NCBI RefSeq assembly: GCF_006345805.1
Contig: NC_043003.1
Span: 58,032,001-58,096,000 of the forward strand
Direction: 5' to 3'
DNA from: Octopus sinensis
Taxonomy: Eukaryota
DNA length: 64,000 nt
Every line of letters begins with the position of its first letter. The stretch's first letter is position 1. The position numbers were made by a program, and so were the translations under genes. The notes under the pieces are model-generated. The model worked only from the letters and a program-made list of their open reading frames with translations, did not search any database and was not told the DNA's origin. Shown piece after piece: positions 13,027-24,442 of the stretch.

Positions 13027-14116
13027 GGGTTTTTTTTTTGGTTCTTCTGTAAAACTCCAATAATTTGTTGAATTAAGAACAGCCCACTTAGCTTGTCATA
13101 AGTAATAACTGCTTTTGGACATCACAATATGTGTGCACATGTGTATGTGTTTGTGTGTTATGTAATGTGTGTGTGTGTGTATTCTTGTGTGTCATTGTGT
13201 TTGTATGTGCTTATAATTGTGGGATGGTTTGTGTTTGAGAGTAAGTCTTTTGTGTATGTTTTGTATGTATGTGTATATGTGTCTATGTGTCTCTTTATGA
13301 TTGTGTGCATGCGTGCATGTGTGTGTATGCGCACATGTTGTTATGTGTTGGTTGTGTTCCTGTGTCTGGCAATATCTTCATAGAATTACTGTCTTCTTCT
13401 CTTCAAGATTGGAAACAGTACTAAACTGGTATGAGTGATGGATGGCCTGACTGACTTGATTGACAATTTGACTGATAGAGCAGTTGACAAATTGAGTGGT
13501 GGACCAAATGGCCAAACAACTGACCAGCAGACTTCCTTGTAACTTAATTGTTCAACAAAATAGACCAATATTACAAGTGCCAAACTTAAAAAGCAGAAAA
13601 AAGTACTGGCAGAGTAATCTCTTTGACAAAATCTTTCAAGTTGTTGCTCCAGAATGGCTGCAGTCAATAAAACACATATGTATGACATATTACGAAATGT
13701 TGCCACAATATTATACCAGAGCACTTTCATGCAAGAATTTAAAGTTTTAGAAAGAGAGAAAAGAAAAAAAAAATGAAACAGAAATACATTAAGCATCAAT
13801 ATCTGATTTACCATTCTTTTATCTTCTAGAATTTATTTACTCAACTCTTTGAAATTTTCCTTTTGAGTTCCCAACATATATAAAGCACCTGTATGTGAGA
13901 TGAAATACACCATAAATATTTGTATGCATTCTGTACCTTCTATTATTGTCAACAGCTTATATATGTTTCGACTTTGCAAGGATCCAGCCTTGCCTGTCAA
14001 CAGTGGTTTCGTATTTAAACTTACAATGGAATACGAGATTTGAATATTTTAATGTGCTCGGTTTTTGTTTTCCCCATTTTGTTTCATGTTTCTGTAATTT
14101 TTTATATTTTTTTTTT

Positions 14117-14154
<38 letters not shown>

Positions 14155-14477
14155 CGTTGTTATTTTCTAATTTTCTCTCGGATTTACGTTGCATTAATGC
14201 AGGTGTCTGCACTTGTTTGTCTCGCTGCAAATAAACAAAGTGCACTATTAATTTACTTTATTTCAGTTCTCTGTGGCTTTGCTAGCTGCAAGTGTATGCA
14301 CATGATAGTGTGTGCATGTGTGCATGCCTCCATGAACACATGTATTCTGTTGCTGTCCATTCAGGTTAGCTAGCTATGTCTGTATACCTTCTACTCTTTA
14401 CTTGCTTCAGTCATTAGACTGTGGCCATGCTGGGGCACTATCTTGAAGAATTTTAGCCAAATGAATTAACTCCACTC

Positions 14478-14892
14478 TCTTTACTCTTTACTCTTTTACT
14501 TGTTTCAGTCATTTGACTGCGGCCATGCTGGAGAGCACCGCCTTTAAGCGAGCAACTCGACCCCGGGACTTATTCTTTTGTAAGCCCAGTACTTATTCTA
14601 TCGGTCTCTTCCGCCAAACCGCTAGGTGAGGGGAACATAAACACACCAGCATCGGTTGTGAAGCAATGCTAGGGGGACAAACACAGACACACAAACACAC
14701 ACACACATACACATACATATATATACATATATACGACGGGCTTCTTTTCAGTTTCCATCTACCAAATCCACTCACAAGGCTTTGGTCGGCCCGAGGCTAT
14801 AGTAGAAGACACTTCCCCAAGGTGCCACACAGTGGCACTGAACCCGGAACCATGTGGTTGGTAAGCAAGCTACTTACCACACAGCCACTCCT
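14478..14892 (-). mobile_element. Family A SINE, full length, young-looking (CpGs retained)
   Basis: Complete element with a (GAGTAAA)-like tail; CpG-containing positions are intact. Confidence 0.9.
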
Positions 14893-15078
14893 TCGCCTAT
14901 ATTTATTTGTATTATACTTATACTTATTTATTTTCTTTTTAAAGCTTTTGTACTCATTCTATCAGTCTATTTTGCTGAACTGCCAAGTCACAAGGATAAG
15001 TGGTGGAGGGGGACAAACACAGACGCATAAAGAGACATGAGTAAATTCCACTGCCAAAGTGAATATTTTTGTCTTTTA

Positions 15079-15312
15079 CTCAGGCTGTTCCGGTGTGTCA
15101 CTCATCTGTAGAAATGAGTTGCAGCATCACTAGTGCCAAGCTGTATCAGCCTTTGCTTTTCCCTTGGGTAACATTGGTGGTGTGCAAGAGAGGGCAACAG
15201 GTATGGATGGGTGGCTGCTAGTTTTCCATAAACAACCTTGCCCAGACTTGTGCCTTGGAGGGCAACTTCCTAAGTGCAATCTCATGGACAGCCATGACCA
15301 AAAGGGGTCTTT
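15079..15312 (+). mobile_element. Family C SINE 3' part
   Basis: Aligns by eye with 32920-33135 (GTGCCAAGCTGTATCAGCCTTTG...AACAACCTTGCCCAGACTTGTGCC). Confidence 0.8.
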
Positions 15313-15416
15313 TATATATATATATAAGGATTCTTTCAGGTGAAAGGATATAACTGAATGAGCTCTGGCATAGCTTTATGGTTAATGAGCTCATTTTGCA
15401 ACCATGTAATTCCTGG

Positions 15417-15563
15417 CAGTGCTGTCTTAAGGGGTGGTCATACTGAGCAGTTGCCCTGATTTATGTATACTATGATACTATGACTAGCCCTCAATAAATA
15501 AATACTATAGGGCCCAGTGGATTGATTCCCCCTGGGGGCCAATAATACGTTTAAGTTAGCTTG
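15417..15563. mobile_element. Decayed hAT-type MITE inside an old SINE head
   Basis: Ends CAGTGCTGTCTTAA / TTAAGTTAGCTTG resemble CAGGGCCGTCTTAA-type TIRs; SINE sequence resumes after it. Confidence 0.4.
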
Positions 15564-16290
15564 GGTTCCGGCTTAGATTGCACTGTATTGCACTTTGGGC
15601 ATGTGGCCCCTACCAAAACCCTGAATTACTCAATACCTAAAGTGTGGAATATGGTTGATGGAAACTGTATAAGCCAAATGTGTGTGTGTGTGTTTATTTT
15701 TGCCAGCATATATCAGCAAAAGATATAAATATTGGCAAAACCAGTTGTCTTCAAATGAAGTCCTTTGCAAAATTTGTTCCTTGCCGAATTACAGAAAATC
15801 CCTTGCTATTCTCTCCTTCAGAAATACAATGAATCTATGATACTAGGGCCATTGGAAACCTGTAACAAACTACACTATTGTACTCAATTACATTATCATC
15901 GCAACAACAACAACAATAAATTTAATAATTATAATAATAGATAAGTAAATTGATATAGACAATAGAAATACAAAAGCTGTGGCTAATAAGTAAGACTTCA
16001 GCTTTGGATTTGTGCAAGTAGAACTAACACACTAATCCATAGACATCAGACAGATTCACTTGAACAAGATCTCCTCTTAATCCATATAAGCTGATAAATT
16101 ATTTATTTCATACGAATACTAAATAAATGTGTTTTCTTCCTGACTGTTTCCTGATCATCAGTCTCCATCAATTAAATCACTTAGATTATATAATATGGCT
16201 GGCTTCGTCATCCTCATCATCATCATCACCATCAATATCATTATTCATTTTTTTAATGATGATAATCATCACCACTATCATCATTATTAT

Positions 16291-16931
16291 AAAGGTGGTG
16301 AGTTGGCAGAGTCATTAGCAAGCTAGGCAAAACGCTTGGTGGAGTTTCATCTTATCTTTTCATTCTGTGTTCAAATTCCACCTCGGGTATTAAACTTTGC
16401 CGTTCATCCTTTCGAGAGTCGACAGAATAAGTACCAGCTGCGTTCTGGGGTTAATGTAATCGACTTGCCCTCTCCACTGAAATTACTGCCGTTGGCAAAA
16501 ATTTGAAACCATTATTATTATGATCATCAGCATCTTCATCATCACAAAATAGCAAACTGGCAGAATCATTAGCAAGTCAGACGAAATGCTTAGTGATATT
16601 TTGTCAGTCTTTAGTTTATAAGTTCAAATTCCACTGAGGTCGACTTTGCCTTTCATCTTTTCAGGGTCGATAAATTAAGTACCAGTTACACACTGGAGTC
16701 GATGTAATCAACTTTTCTCTCCCCCGAAATGTCAGGCCTTGTGCCTACATGGAAAGGATTATTATTATTATCATTATTATTACTTGTTCTTGTTGTTAAT
16801 CCGCCAAGGTCAGCTTTACCTTTCATCCTTTCGGGGCCGATTAATTAAATACCAGTTGTGTACTGGGGTCAATCTAATCGACTGGGCCCCCTCCCCTAAA
16901 ATTTCAGGCCTTGTGCCTAGAGTAGAAAGCA
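16291..16931 (+). mobile_element. Three head-to-tail family B (Deu/Nin) SINE copies
   Basis: Core CTTTGCCTTTCATCCTTTCGGGGTCGATAAATTAAGTACCAG recurs at about 16397, 16645 and 16815, separated by (ATT/CAT)n tails. Confidence 0.85.
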
Positions 16932-18284
16932 TTATAATTTGTTGTTGTAGTTCAGTCACAACCTGTGATCAAATGTTTCCTGTCTGTCAGTTGAAATTAG
17001 GACTGACCTGCGAACTAAATAATAACTCAAAAGTTTGTTGTTTTGTCATTCTAATTTAGGAGATTGGTGTCTGTCCAGCTTCTGTGCATTGATAATTTGT
17101 TTGGTAGCCTGGAATTTGTGAGAGATGGTGTAGAATGGTTTCTGCACAGTCTTGGGAGTACATAGAAGTGAATTGTGGAATTAGCTGAGGTATGCAAGAA
17201 CAAGGTAGTTGTCCACTTTCACTTTCCCAGAAAAAAAAAATGTAATCACTGCACACTGAAGAGATTTAAAGAAGAGGAAAAATGAAGACTTGAAAAAGTG
17301 TCTTTAGATTACCTTCTTGTTTTCTTTCTTTCTTTCTTTTCTCTTATTACTTTCCATTTAAATATATTTTCTGTTCTCTTTTTGCTGTTGTTGTTGTTGA
17401 AATTATCACATGTGTTACGTAAATAGTTGCCTTAGTAACCTGAACATGGTTTCAATGTTGGAATAATAATGGAGAGTGCTGCTTCTGCCAAGGTGACATG
17501 CTGCAAGTAAATTGGATGAGGTAGAAGATGATGAGATAAGATGTGGTCGGAGTTTCCTTTCCAATGAAAGAGCAGCCATAGTTTCAAGAAAGTTTCTATG
17601 TTCCATCTTTAAGGAAATGAGAAAACTCGTAGGTCATCAGAAGATGGCAAACTTTGATAGAATTTTCTGTGTATTATTTTTGTAATGTATTTAATGTTCT
17701 GGTGCCAAATGTGTGAATAGCATCTCACTAGTTAAATTGAGATTTCTTTGAGTGTTAGTCATGGCTTGGAAATCTAAAAGACTGCCAGGCTGCAAATAAT
17801 CCAAACCACTTGATGTTTTTAAAAGGCCAGCACTTGAGGAATTTAAGTGTTTAGTTTGAAATTCAGTAGAAATTCTATTTGTACATTACTGTTTCTCCCT
17901 AACTAAAGGACTTTGATGTGAGAATGTCATTTTCCATTCCTCACCATATTTCTTGAAGCTCTATTTTCTTCAAATCCTGACTGTTATTCCTTGAAGCTCT
18001 TTGAAAAACTAGACTTTTAATCATTTACACTTTCAAGTGAGGGATGATTTTAGCTTTTCAGGTTCAAACCTCATTTTAAGTACATTTCAACATTGATTAG
18101 CCCACTTGCACAGTACTAAACTTTTGAAGATTTTTGGTCTCGACCATTTTTCTTTTATTCATTTATCTATTTATTTATTTATTTTCTGTCTTATATTTAA
18201 ATCTCATTGTTTTAATCCCTATGTAAGAATTATTGACAAAGTGCAATTCAGTTACACATTTCAAGATTTTGAAATAAAATTGAC

Positions 18285-18330
18285 CTGACACATTTTCCTG
18301 TCCAGTAGTTTATTTATATCCCAGCCAGGC
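18285..18330 (-). CDS. Candidate internal exon, unknown protein
   Basis: Acceptor gtttgtcttttag, weak donor GTCAAT; the frame PGWDINKLLDRKMCQ is open through the exon. Confidence 0.18.
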
Positions 18331-18630
18331 CTAAAAGACAAACCTAGTGAGATTACACTATTTATACGATGATCTTTTAGAAACTATTGTTGCCTTTTAG
18401 TTCACAATTTGATGCTGCCACTATTGAATTTGTCCAATATAGTATAGGGTTTCGAGGAATCAGAGGAATTCAGTATCAGCTGTATGTACAGTTTGGTAAC
18501 TATAGTGCATATTGTATTTGAGGGAATTCCAGTGTGTGGGTACAATACTGTGGGATATCAGTGTTGTGTATAAACATAGCTGTAGAGACTAATGTGCTGC
18601 TTATATTGGTATCAACTCCTATAGAGAATA

Positions 18631-18811
18631 TATACTTTCATAAAGCCCTATGTCCACTACACACTTTATTTTCTCTCCTTGTTTCTTTCTGTGGAAGAGC
18701 ATAGGCTCGAAACGTTAAAGACTTTTTCACTTCCCAAGCGTTATACTAATACATCTGTTTGTTGTGTACACCACCTGTCTTCGTATTTTGTTTTTTTTGT
18801 GAATTCTCCCT
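18631..18811 (+). mobile_element. Penelope-like element remnant carrying a hammerhead-like motif
   Basis: Contains CTGTGGA-A-GAGC-ATAG-GCTC-GAAACGTT, the layout of minimal hammerheads known from Penelope-like elements; no RT or GIY-YIG coding sequence is present. Confidence 0.5.
18684..18721 (+). ncRNA. Minimal type I hammerhead ribozyme-like motif, variant core (A6 to U)
   Basis: Stem I UCUUU/AAAGA, core CUGUGGA, stem II GAGC/GCUC, GAAA, palindromic ACGU stem III, GUU triplet. Confidence 0.5.
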
Positions 18812-19134
18812 ATCTATATATATGGGTTTGGGTGTGCTTGCGTATTGTAGAAGCAGCTGTAGAGAATATATAGTAAAGTGTACATGTACTATCAAAAATG
18901 ACAGCATTTTAGAAGAAATAAGCTAAAAATGGTATTTGATAAATTCATTGATACAACATACATTACATATATTTGATATAGACTTGTATAGTTAGAATAA
19001 TTAAATTTTTATTGAAAATTCTTTGAAAGATTGGATCCAAAGGGGATTAAGCATAACGAAAAGTTTTATATAAAGTATTTAAATAATTTATTTAGTTTAA
19101 AAACAATAAAAACTACTTCATTTCATTGCTGCAG

Positions 19135-19165
19135 ATTTCCCCAACTATTATTTTATTAATCACTG
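19135..19165 (+). CDS. Candidate 31-nt exon
   Basis: tttcattgctgcag|...|GTGAGC; open as (D)FPNYYFINH(W) or ISPTIILLIT. Too short to be diagnostic. Confidence 0.15.
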
Positions 19166-19477
19166 GTGAGCCGGTGCTGTCAGAAATGATGGTATTACTC
19201 TCACATATTAAAAGTTATTCATATTCTCGGTTTACACCAAAGAACGTAGGGGGGAAAATATTGGCAAGAGTTTACTGCCAACAGACTTGTTGGTTTGGTT
19301 TATACGTGAATATTACTGACAAAATCCTTTGCAAATATTCTTCCTTAACATAAAAAAAAAAAAAAAACTGGAGTTAATGCAGTTCTCTTGGTTATGCTAC
19401 TGACTTACATGATAAAAAATTATGTGAACAAAATTATGAAAAATTAGTTTGTATATATATATATATATATATATATA

Positions 19478-19608
19478 AGGCACAGGAGTGGCTGTGTGGT
19501 AAGTAGCTTGCTTATCAACCACATGGTTCCTGTTCAGTCCCACTGTGTGGCACCTTGGGCAAGTGGTTGGTAAGCAAGCTACTTAACCACACAGCCACTC
19601 TAATGCCT
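19478..19608. repeat. Fold-back of two family A SINE heads
   Basis: Arms 19478-19522 and 19563-19608 are near-perfect reverse complements. Confidence 0.9.
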
Positions 19609-21076
19609 AGGACTGGTAACAAGTTTGAATTTAATGGCTTAACTGACTGAAACTTTGAGGTCACTGTCAACTATATTCTTGTTTCAGAATAGTAAATTTG
19701 TACTCTAAGAAGGTATAGGATAACCCCTGAGATTAATGTAAAATTGCTTTTACTATAAAATCAAACATTCAAACACACACACAAGCAGGTTTGAGGTAGC
19801 ATGACAGGAAGAGACAGAAGAAAGACAATGCTTGGTCTTAGTGGATCTATATCATAAAGGTACCCACTTGGCTGGTTAGAAGGATCGGGTTATGTGAGGG
19901 TCTGCCCCTAGTGATATCAGTGACTGCACTGCAAATTGAACCAGGGTTTCTTACACATCCCAGTTTATTCAGGTTTTGTCTGTTAGTTTGTGGGGGGGTT
20001 CCCTCCTCCACCACCACCACCACCCTACCCCAAACAACCTCCCGCTGTTCCTAGAGAATTATTAAGTTTGTTCTGGTGTTCAGTGGTGCTTGACATGTAA
20101 CAATAGTACCACATGTATATTTGCTCAAGCGTGGCACCTGATGTAACTAATTTCGGAAATATTACACAATGTCATTGCCAACAAATCTACAAACATTTAT
20201 GTTCAGCTAGTTTGCACACACATATACAAATACACACGTGCACACGCACACTGAATACATATATACTTACACACTCATAAGCAAGTGTGTGTGTGTGTGT
20301 GTGACTGTGTATAATCACATTCATATTTATATGCACACTCACCACACATGCGCACATGAAATGTATATACGTGTATATATTTAAGCACGTGTATTTATGC
20401 ACCTATATGCATACACACACACACACACACACACATAGAAGAGCACTCACATACATGTAAACATATGTATATATACATATATGTATGCAGATATACATGT
20501 GTATGAATGTATACACACTCTTGCACACGCACACACACATACACACATGGAAGTGCACTCACAAATATGTAAGCCTACATATGCATACATATATGTATAC
20601 AGATATACATACATATGTCTATGAATGTATGCACATGCTTACATACACACACACACATACCCTCATAGAAGAGCGCTTACATATATACATAAATGTATGC
20701 AGATATACACATGTATGACTGTATACACACGCTTGCACACAGACACACACATACACACATATATAGAAGAGCACTCACATATATATACATACATATATGC
20801 ATGCAGATATACATATGTATGTGTACACACACACACTCACACACGCATGTGCAGAGTATTTCAGTGTCCTGAATATTTAAATATGGTGAAAAGCATTGAC
20901 CTTGGATTTGAATAGAACTTATCTAGAGAAACAAAATGAACTCAATTTAGTCAGTGTAGTCTTTGGGAAATCTTCTGGAATTATGTTGGTTTCAGCATCA
21001 TCTTTCACATTGAATTTCCTACAGAATGCCTACGTGTACATCACTATATATTTCTTATATAGCTCTGAGTATGTGG

Positions 21077-21133
<57 letters not shown>

Positions 21134-21204
21134 ACAAGTTGTTGAGATCAAGAACTAAGTACTTTAAGCACTCCGCTTACTAAATTCCTGTTTGTTTCCA
21201 CCAT

Positions 21205-21480
21205 CTGTCATCATCATTTTAGCGACCACTTTTTCCATGCTGGCATGGGTTGGATTGAATTTGTCAAGGAAGATTATCTCCAGCCTTTCTTGTTGCTAAC
21301 CCAAGTAAGGTAATATTTCCTTATGACCAAACATGTTTCTACACAAGACTGGAAACAAAAGACACTGCTGGGATGGTGGTGACACTCGCTTATGACTGTC
21401 ATATGATGTCAAGACAAGGGGACAGTAACACACTCACACATACCCATGCTAGCATGAAAAACAGATGCTAAATGATGATG
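21205..21480 (-). mobile_element. Family D variant SINE (3' part)
   Basis: CCATGCTGGCATGGGTTGGA tail plus an internal segment shared with 32550-32790 and 46480-46780. Confidence 0.7.
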
Positions 21481-21624
21481 ATTGTGAGATAAATGAGTCA
21501 TCTTATGTTGCTTCTGTTGTTCTGTTTAAAGGCTTTATTGTGATGTAAGCATAGTACAGTTGGGTGTGCGCTATGCAAGACATCCATAAGATTACATAAC
21601 ATGTTATGCAAGTCCCAACTCATC

Positions 21625-21691
21625 AGGCTACTAAATAAGCAAGCAAGCAGTGACATGTTGCTTAATCACTGCTCACTTGTTTATCTGGCCT
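21625..21691 (-). ncRNA. Candidate pre-miRNA-like hairpin
   Basis: On the minus strand AGAUAAACAAGUGAGCAGUGA pairs with UCACUGCUUGCUUGCUUAUUU at 20/21 positions (G:U allowed), with a 12-nt loop and a basal stem extension. No known family recognised. Confidence 0.4.
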
Positions 21692-21699
21692 CACACTCA

Positions 21700-22225
21700 A
21701 ACACATGTAGATAGACAGATATACAGACAGACAGACAACAAGCTTCTTTCAGTTTCCATCTAGCAAATCTGTTCATAAGGCATTGGTCAGCTTGAGGCTT
21801 TAGTGTAGTGGTTCCCAAAGTGGGTGTTATTCTCCCCCCACCCCGGTGGCGGTGGAAAGTTCCAAAGGCAACGTTCAAGGAAAATGAAGTGATGATGGGG
21901 TAGCAATTCATGTAAAAAGTTGGGTGATAATGGGGTAGATATTCATGTAAAAACAACAAAATAATGTTTTTCATTAGGTTAAGTTTCATTTGTGAAATAC
22001 AGTTGCTTTTGAATTTACTTCAGAAAGAGGTCTATGTTTGTGACGGTTAATCGGGGTGAGGGCGCTCGGAATGTAGCCTGGGTGTCAAGGGGGCGGCAGC
22101 CCAAAAAAGTTTGGAAACCACTGCTTTATTAGAAGACATTTGTCCATAATGCCATATGGTAGAACTGAACGAGAGACAAACATGATTAGGATGAAATAAA
22201 CTCCTCAACCACACAGCCATGTCTC
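21700..22225 (-). mobile_element. Family A SINE split by a MITE
   Basis: SINE sequence runs up to GAGGCTTTAGTG and resumes CTTTATTAGAAGACA after the insertion. Confidence 0.8.
21806..22123. mobile_element. hAT/Charlie-type MITE
   Basis: TIRs TAGTGGTTCCCAAA / TTTGGAAACCACTG; degenerate 8-bp TSD CTTTAGTG / CTTTATTA. Confidence 0.85.
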
Positions 22226-22692
22226 TGCCTATGCATGTATGAATCTAAAGAAATAGTGTTATTGCAGTCTATTATGAGAACAACAAAGAATGGAAGATGA
22301 TAAGATAATAGCAGTGTTGATATATGGAGAGATGTATAGAAGATTCATATTTTCAACACGATTTAATGTTGGCTTCCATATATCTGTGTATGTGCATGTA
22401 TGCACATAAATGTATATGTGTGTTGATGTCAGAGTGAATGCACATATATATATGCAAGTCTATCTTTCAGTATGTAAATCAAATAATGTATGTGTTTGTG
22501 TGTGTGTATGTGTGTGTAAATGTGTCTGAGTGTGTGCTAGTGTCAGAGTGCATATATATGTAAATATATGTATGTATGTGTGTGTAAATGTGTCTGAGTG
22601 TGTGCTAGTGTCAGAGTGCATATATATATATAAATATATGTATGTATGTATGTGTAAGCGTATCTCTGAAAGTATGTAGGTTTAGTAGTATG

Positions 22693-22729
<37 letters not shown>

Positions 22730-23048
22730 CAAATACAAACACATACGTTTGCCAGTATGTTTATGGGGTCTCGTGCAAGTGGTGATTGGAAGGTAACAAT
22801 AGAGAAAAAGAGAGAAGTGTACCTCTGTACGTATGTACACATGTACGTGTTTGTGTGTGTGTGTGTGTTGTTGTTGTTGTAATTGTTGTTGTTTCCAAGG
22901 TGATAGTTTGGGTTGTTGTGCAGAGCAGTAAATTGCTAAGTTAGAGCTGTTAGTTTGTGTGTTTTTTTGTTGTTTTTTTTGCTTTGTTTTTTTGTTTTTT
23001 TTTTTGCTGGATTACAGCTAAGTGTAGGCAACATAGCATGAATTCAAA

Positions 23049-23082
23049 CTACCACCATAGATCAAGTGATCTATGGTGGTAG
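23049..23082. repeat. Perfect 15-bp inverted repeat
   Basis: CTACCACCATAGATC-AAGT-GATCTATGGTGGTAG. Confidence 0.95.
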
Positions 23083-23409
23083 CACAATCTATGGTTCTTC
23101 GACTCTCCTCCCACCTCACTCCATGTCCATGAAAGAATGAATGGACATAGGGTGAGGAAGAAAGGTAGGGAGACAGGCAGACAGACAGGCAGGGTTTGAG
23201 AGAGAGGGAGCAAGAAAGTGAAGGAGAGAATGAGAGGAGAAAGGGAAAATAAGAATTATTGCTAGAAAGAAACAGGGAAGTAAAGACAAACAGAGGGAGT
23301 GTGTAACGGAGAGCAAGAATGAAAAAGAGAGAGTGAGAATGACAGAGAGAAAGAGAGAGAGAGGGGGGAGGACAAGAATGTGAAATTAAAGAAATGTAGG
23401 AAGAATAAG

Positions 23410-23444
<35 letters not shown>

Positions 23445-23595
23445 AAGAATGTGAATTAAAGAGAGAGTTCATATTCTAGAGACATGTATTGAAGCTTAAG
23501 TAATGGCCAGTTCTTGTCTGCCTTGCATGGTCTACAACACTTCGCATCATTGACATATGGAATAACAAGAGCCAAAAGACAGTTGTATATGCAGC

Positions 23596-23641
<46 letters not shown>

Positions 23642-23838
23642 AAAAAAGAGAGGGAGACAAACAGAGAGAAAGATAGAGAGTGAGTGAGAAAGAAAGACAG
23701 ACAGACAGACAGGGGGAGAGAACTCACATTGTTGAAAAAAAATAAGAAGAAAAAAACCCACCACTAGTCTTTATTATCATGCTAAACACTTCCTGTTAGA
23801 TCAGCTTGTTGCAATCGTCATTCTTGAGGCCTCCATCC

Positions 23839-23875
<37 letters not shown>

Positions 23876-24096
23876 TTTTTTGGTCTGCTCTTGGTAGTTT
23901 TTTTTTTGTTGTTGTTCATTTTGTAGTTGCTTTTGTTTGTTTTTGTTATTGTTGTATTTGTTGTTGTTGTTGTTGTGGCTACTGTTGAACCTGCAGTTGT
24001 TGCTGTTTTTGTTATTATTATTGTATTTCTTTGTGGTGTTTAGAAAATGAAAAGCTGTTCTTCACCAAGAAATTCTTTGATGGTTTTATTTATTTA

Positions 24097-24157
<61 letters not shown>

Positions 24158-24396
24158 GTTGTTGTGCTTTGTTGTTGTTTCTTTCCATAAAACCAACAAA
24201 CCAATTGTTATTGGCATCGAGACTGAAAAATCTTTTCTTATTTTGCTGCAAAGACCTGATCTGGTCTGGTCTGATCTGGTCTTGTACTTTCAGCATAATA
24301 TTGACATCGATGCCTGCTGTTAGCATTTAGAAACCGCTTGCAGATCAATGAGGAAGCGATTGAATCATTTAGAAGTGGTAATCGAATCTTCCTCAC

Positions 24397-24442
24397 CAGC
24401 CAGGGTTCTCCAGAAACTTAGGGTACTGCATTCTTGTGAGAC
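24397..24442 (-). CDS. Candidate internal exon, unknown protein
   Basis: Acceptor aattaccccatag, donor CTG|GTGAGG; open as (x)LTRMQYPKFLENPG(W) or VSQECSTLSFWRTLA. Confidence 0.3.

Noticed and set aside
13386-13814. 142-aa / 84-aa ORFs
   Set aside because: The downstream half is a decayed family A SINE tail (GTTGCTCCAGAATGGCTGCAGTCAA).
17056-17256. Coding exon (RLVSVQLLCIDNLFGSLEF... or minus-strand frames)
   Set aside because: Four frames are open together because of strand compositional skew, so no frame can be preferred without homology or RNA data.
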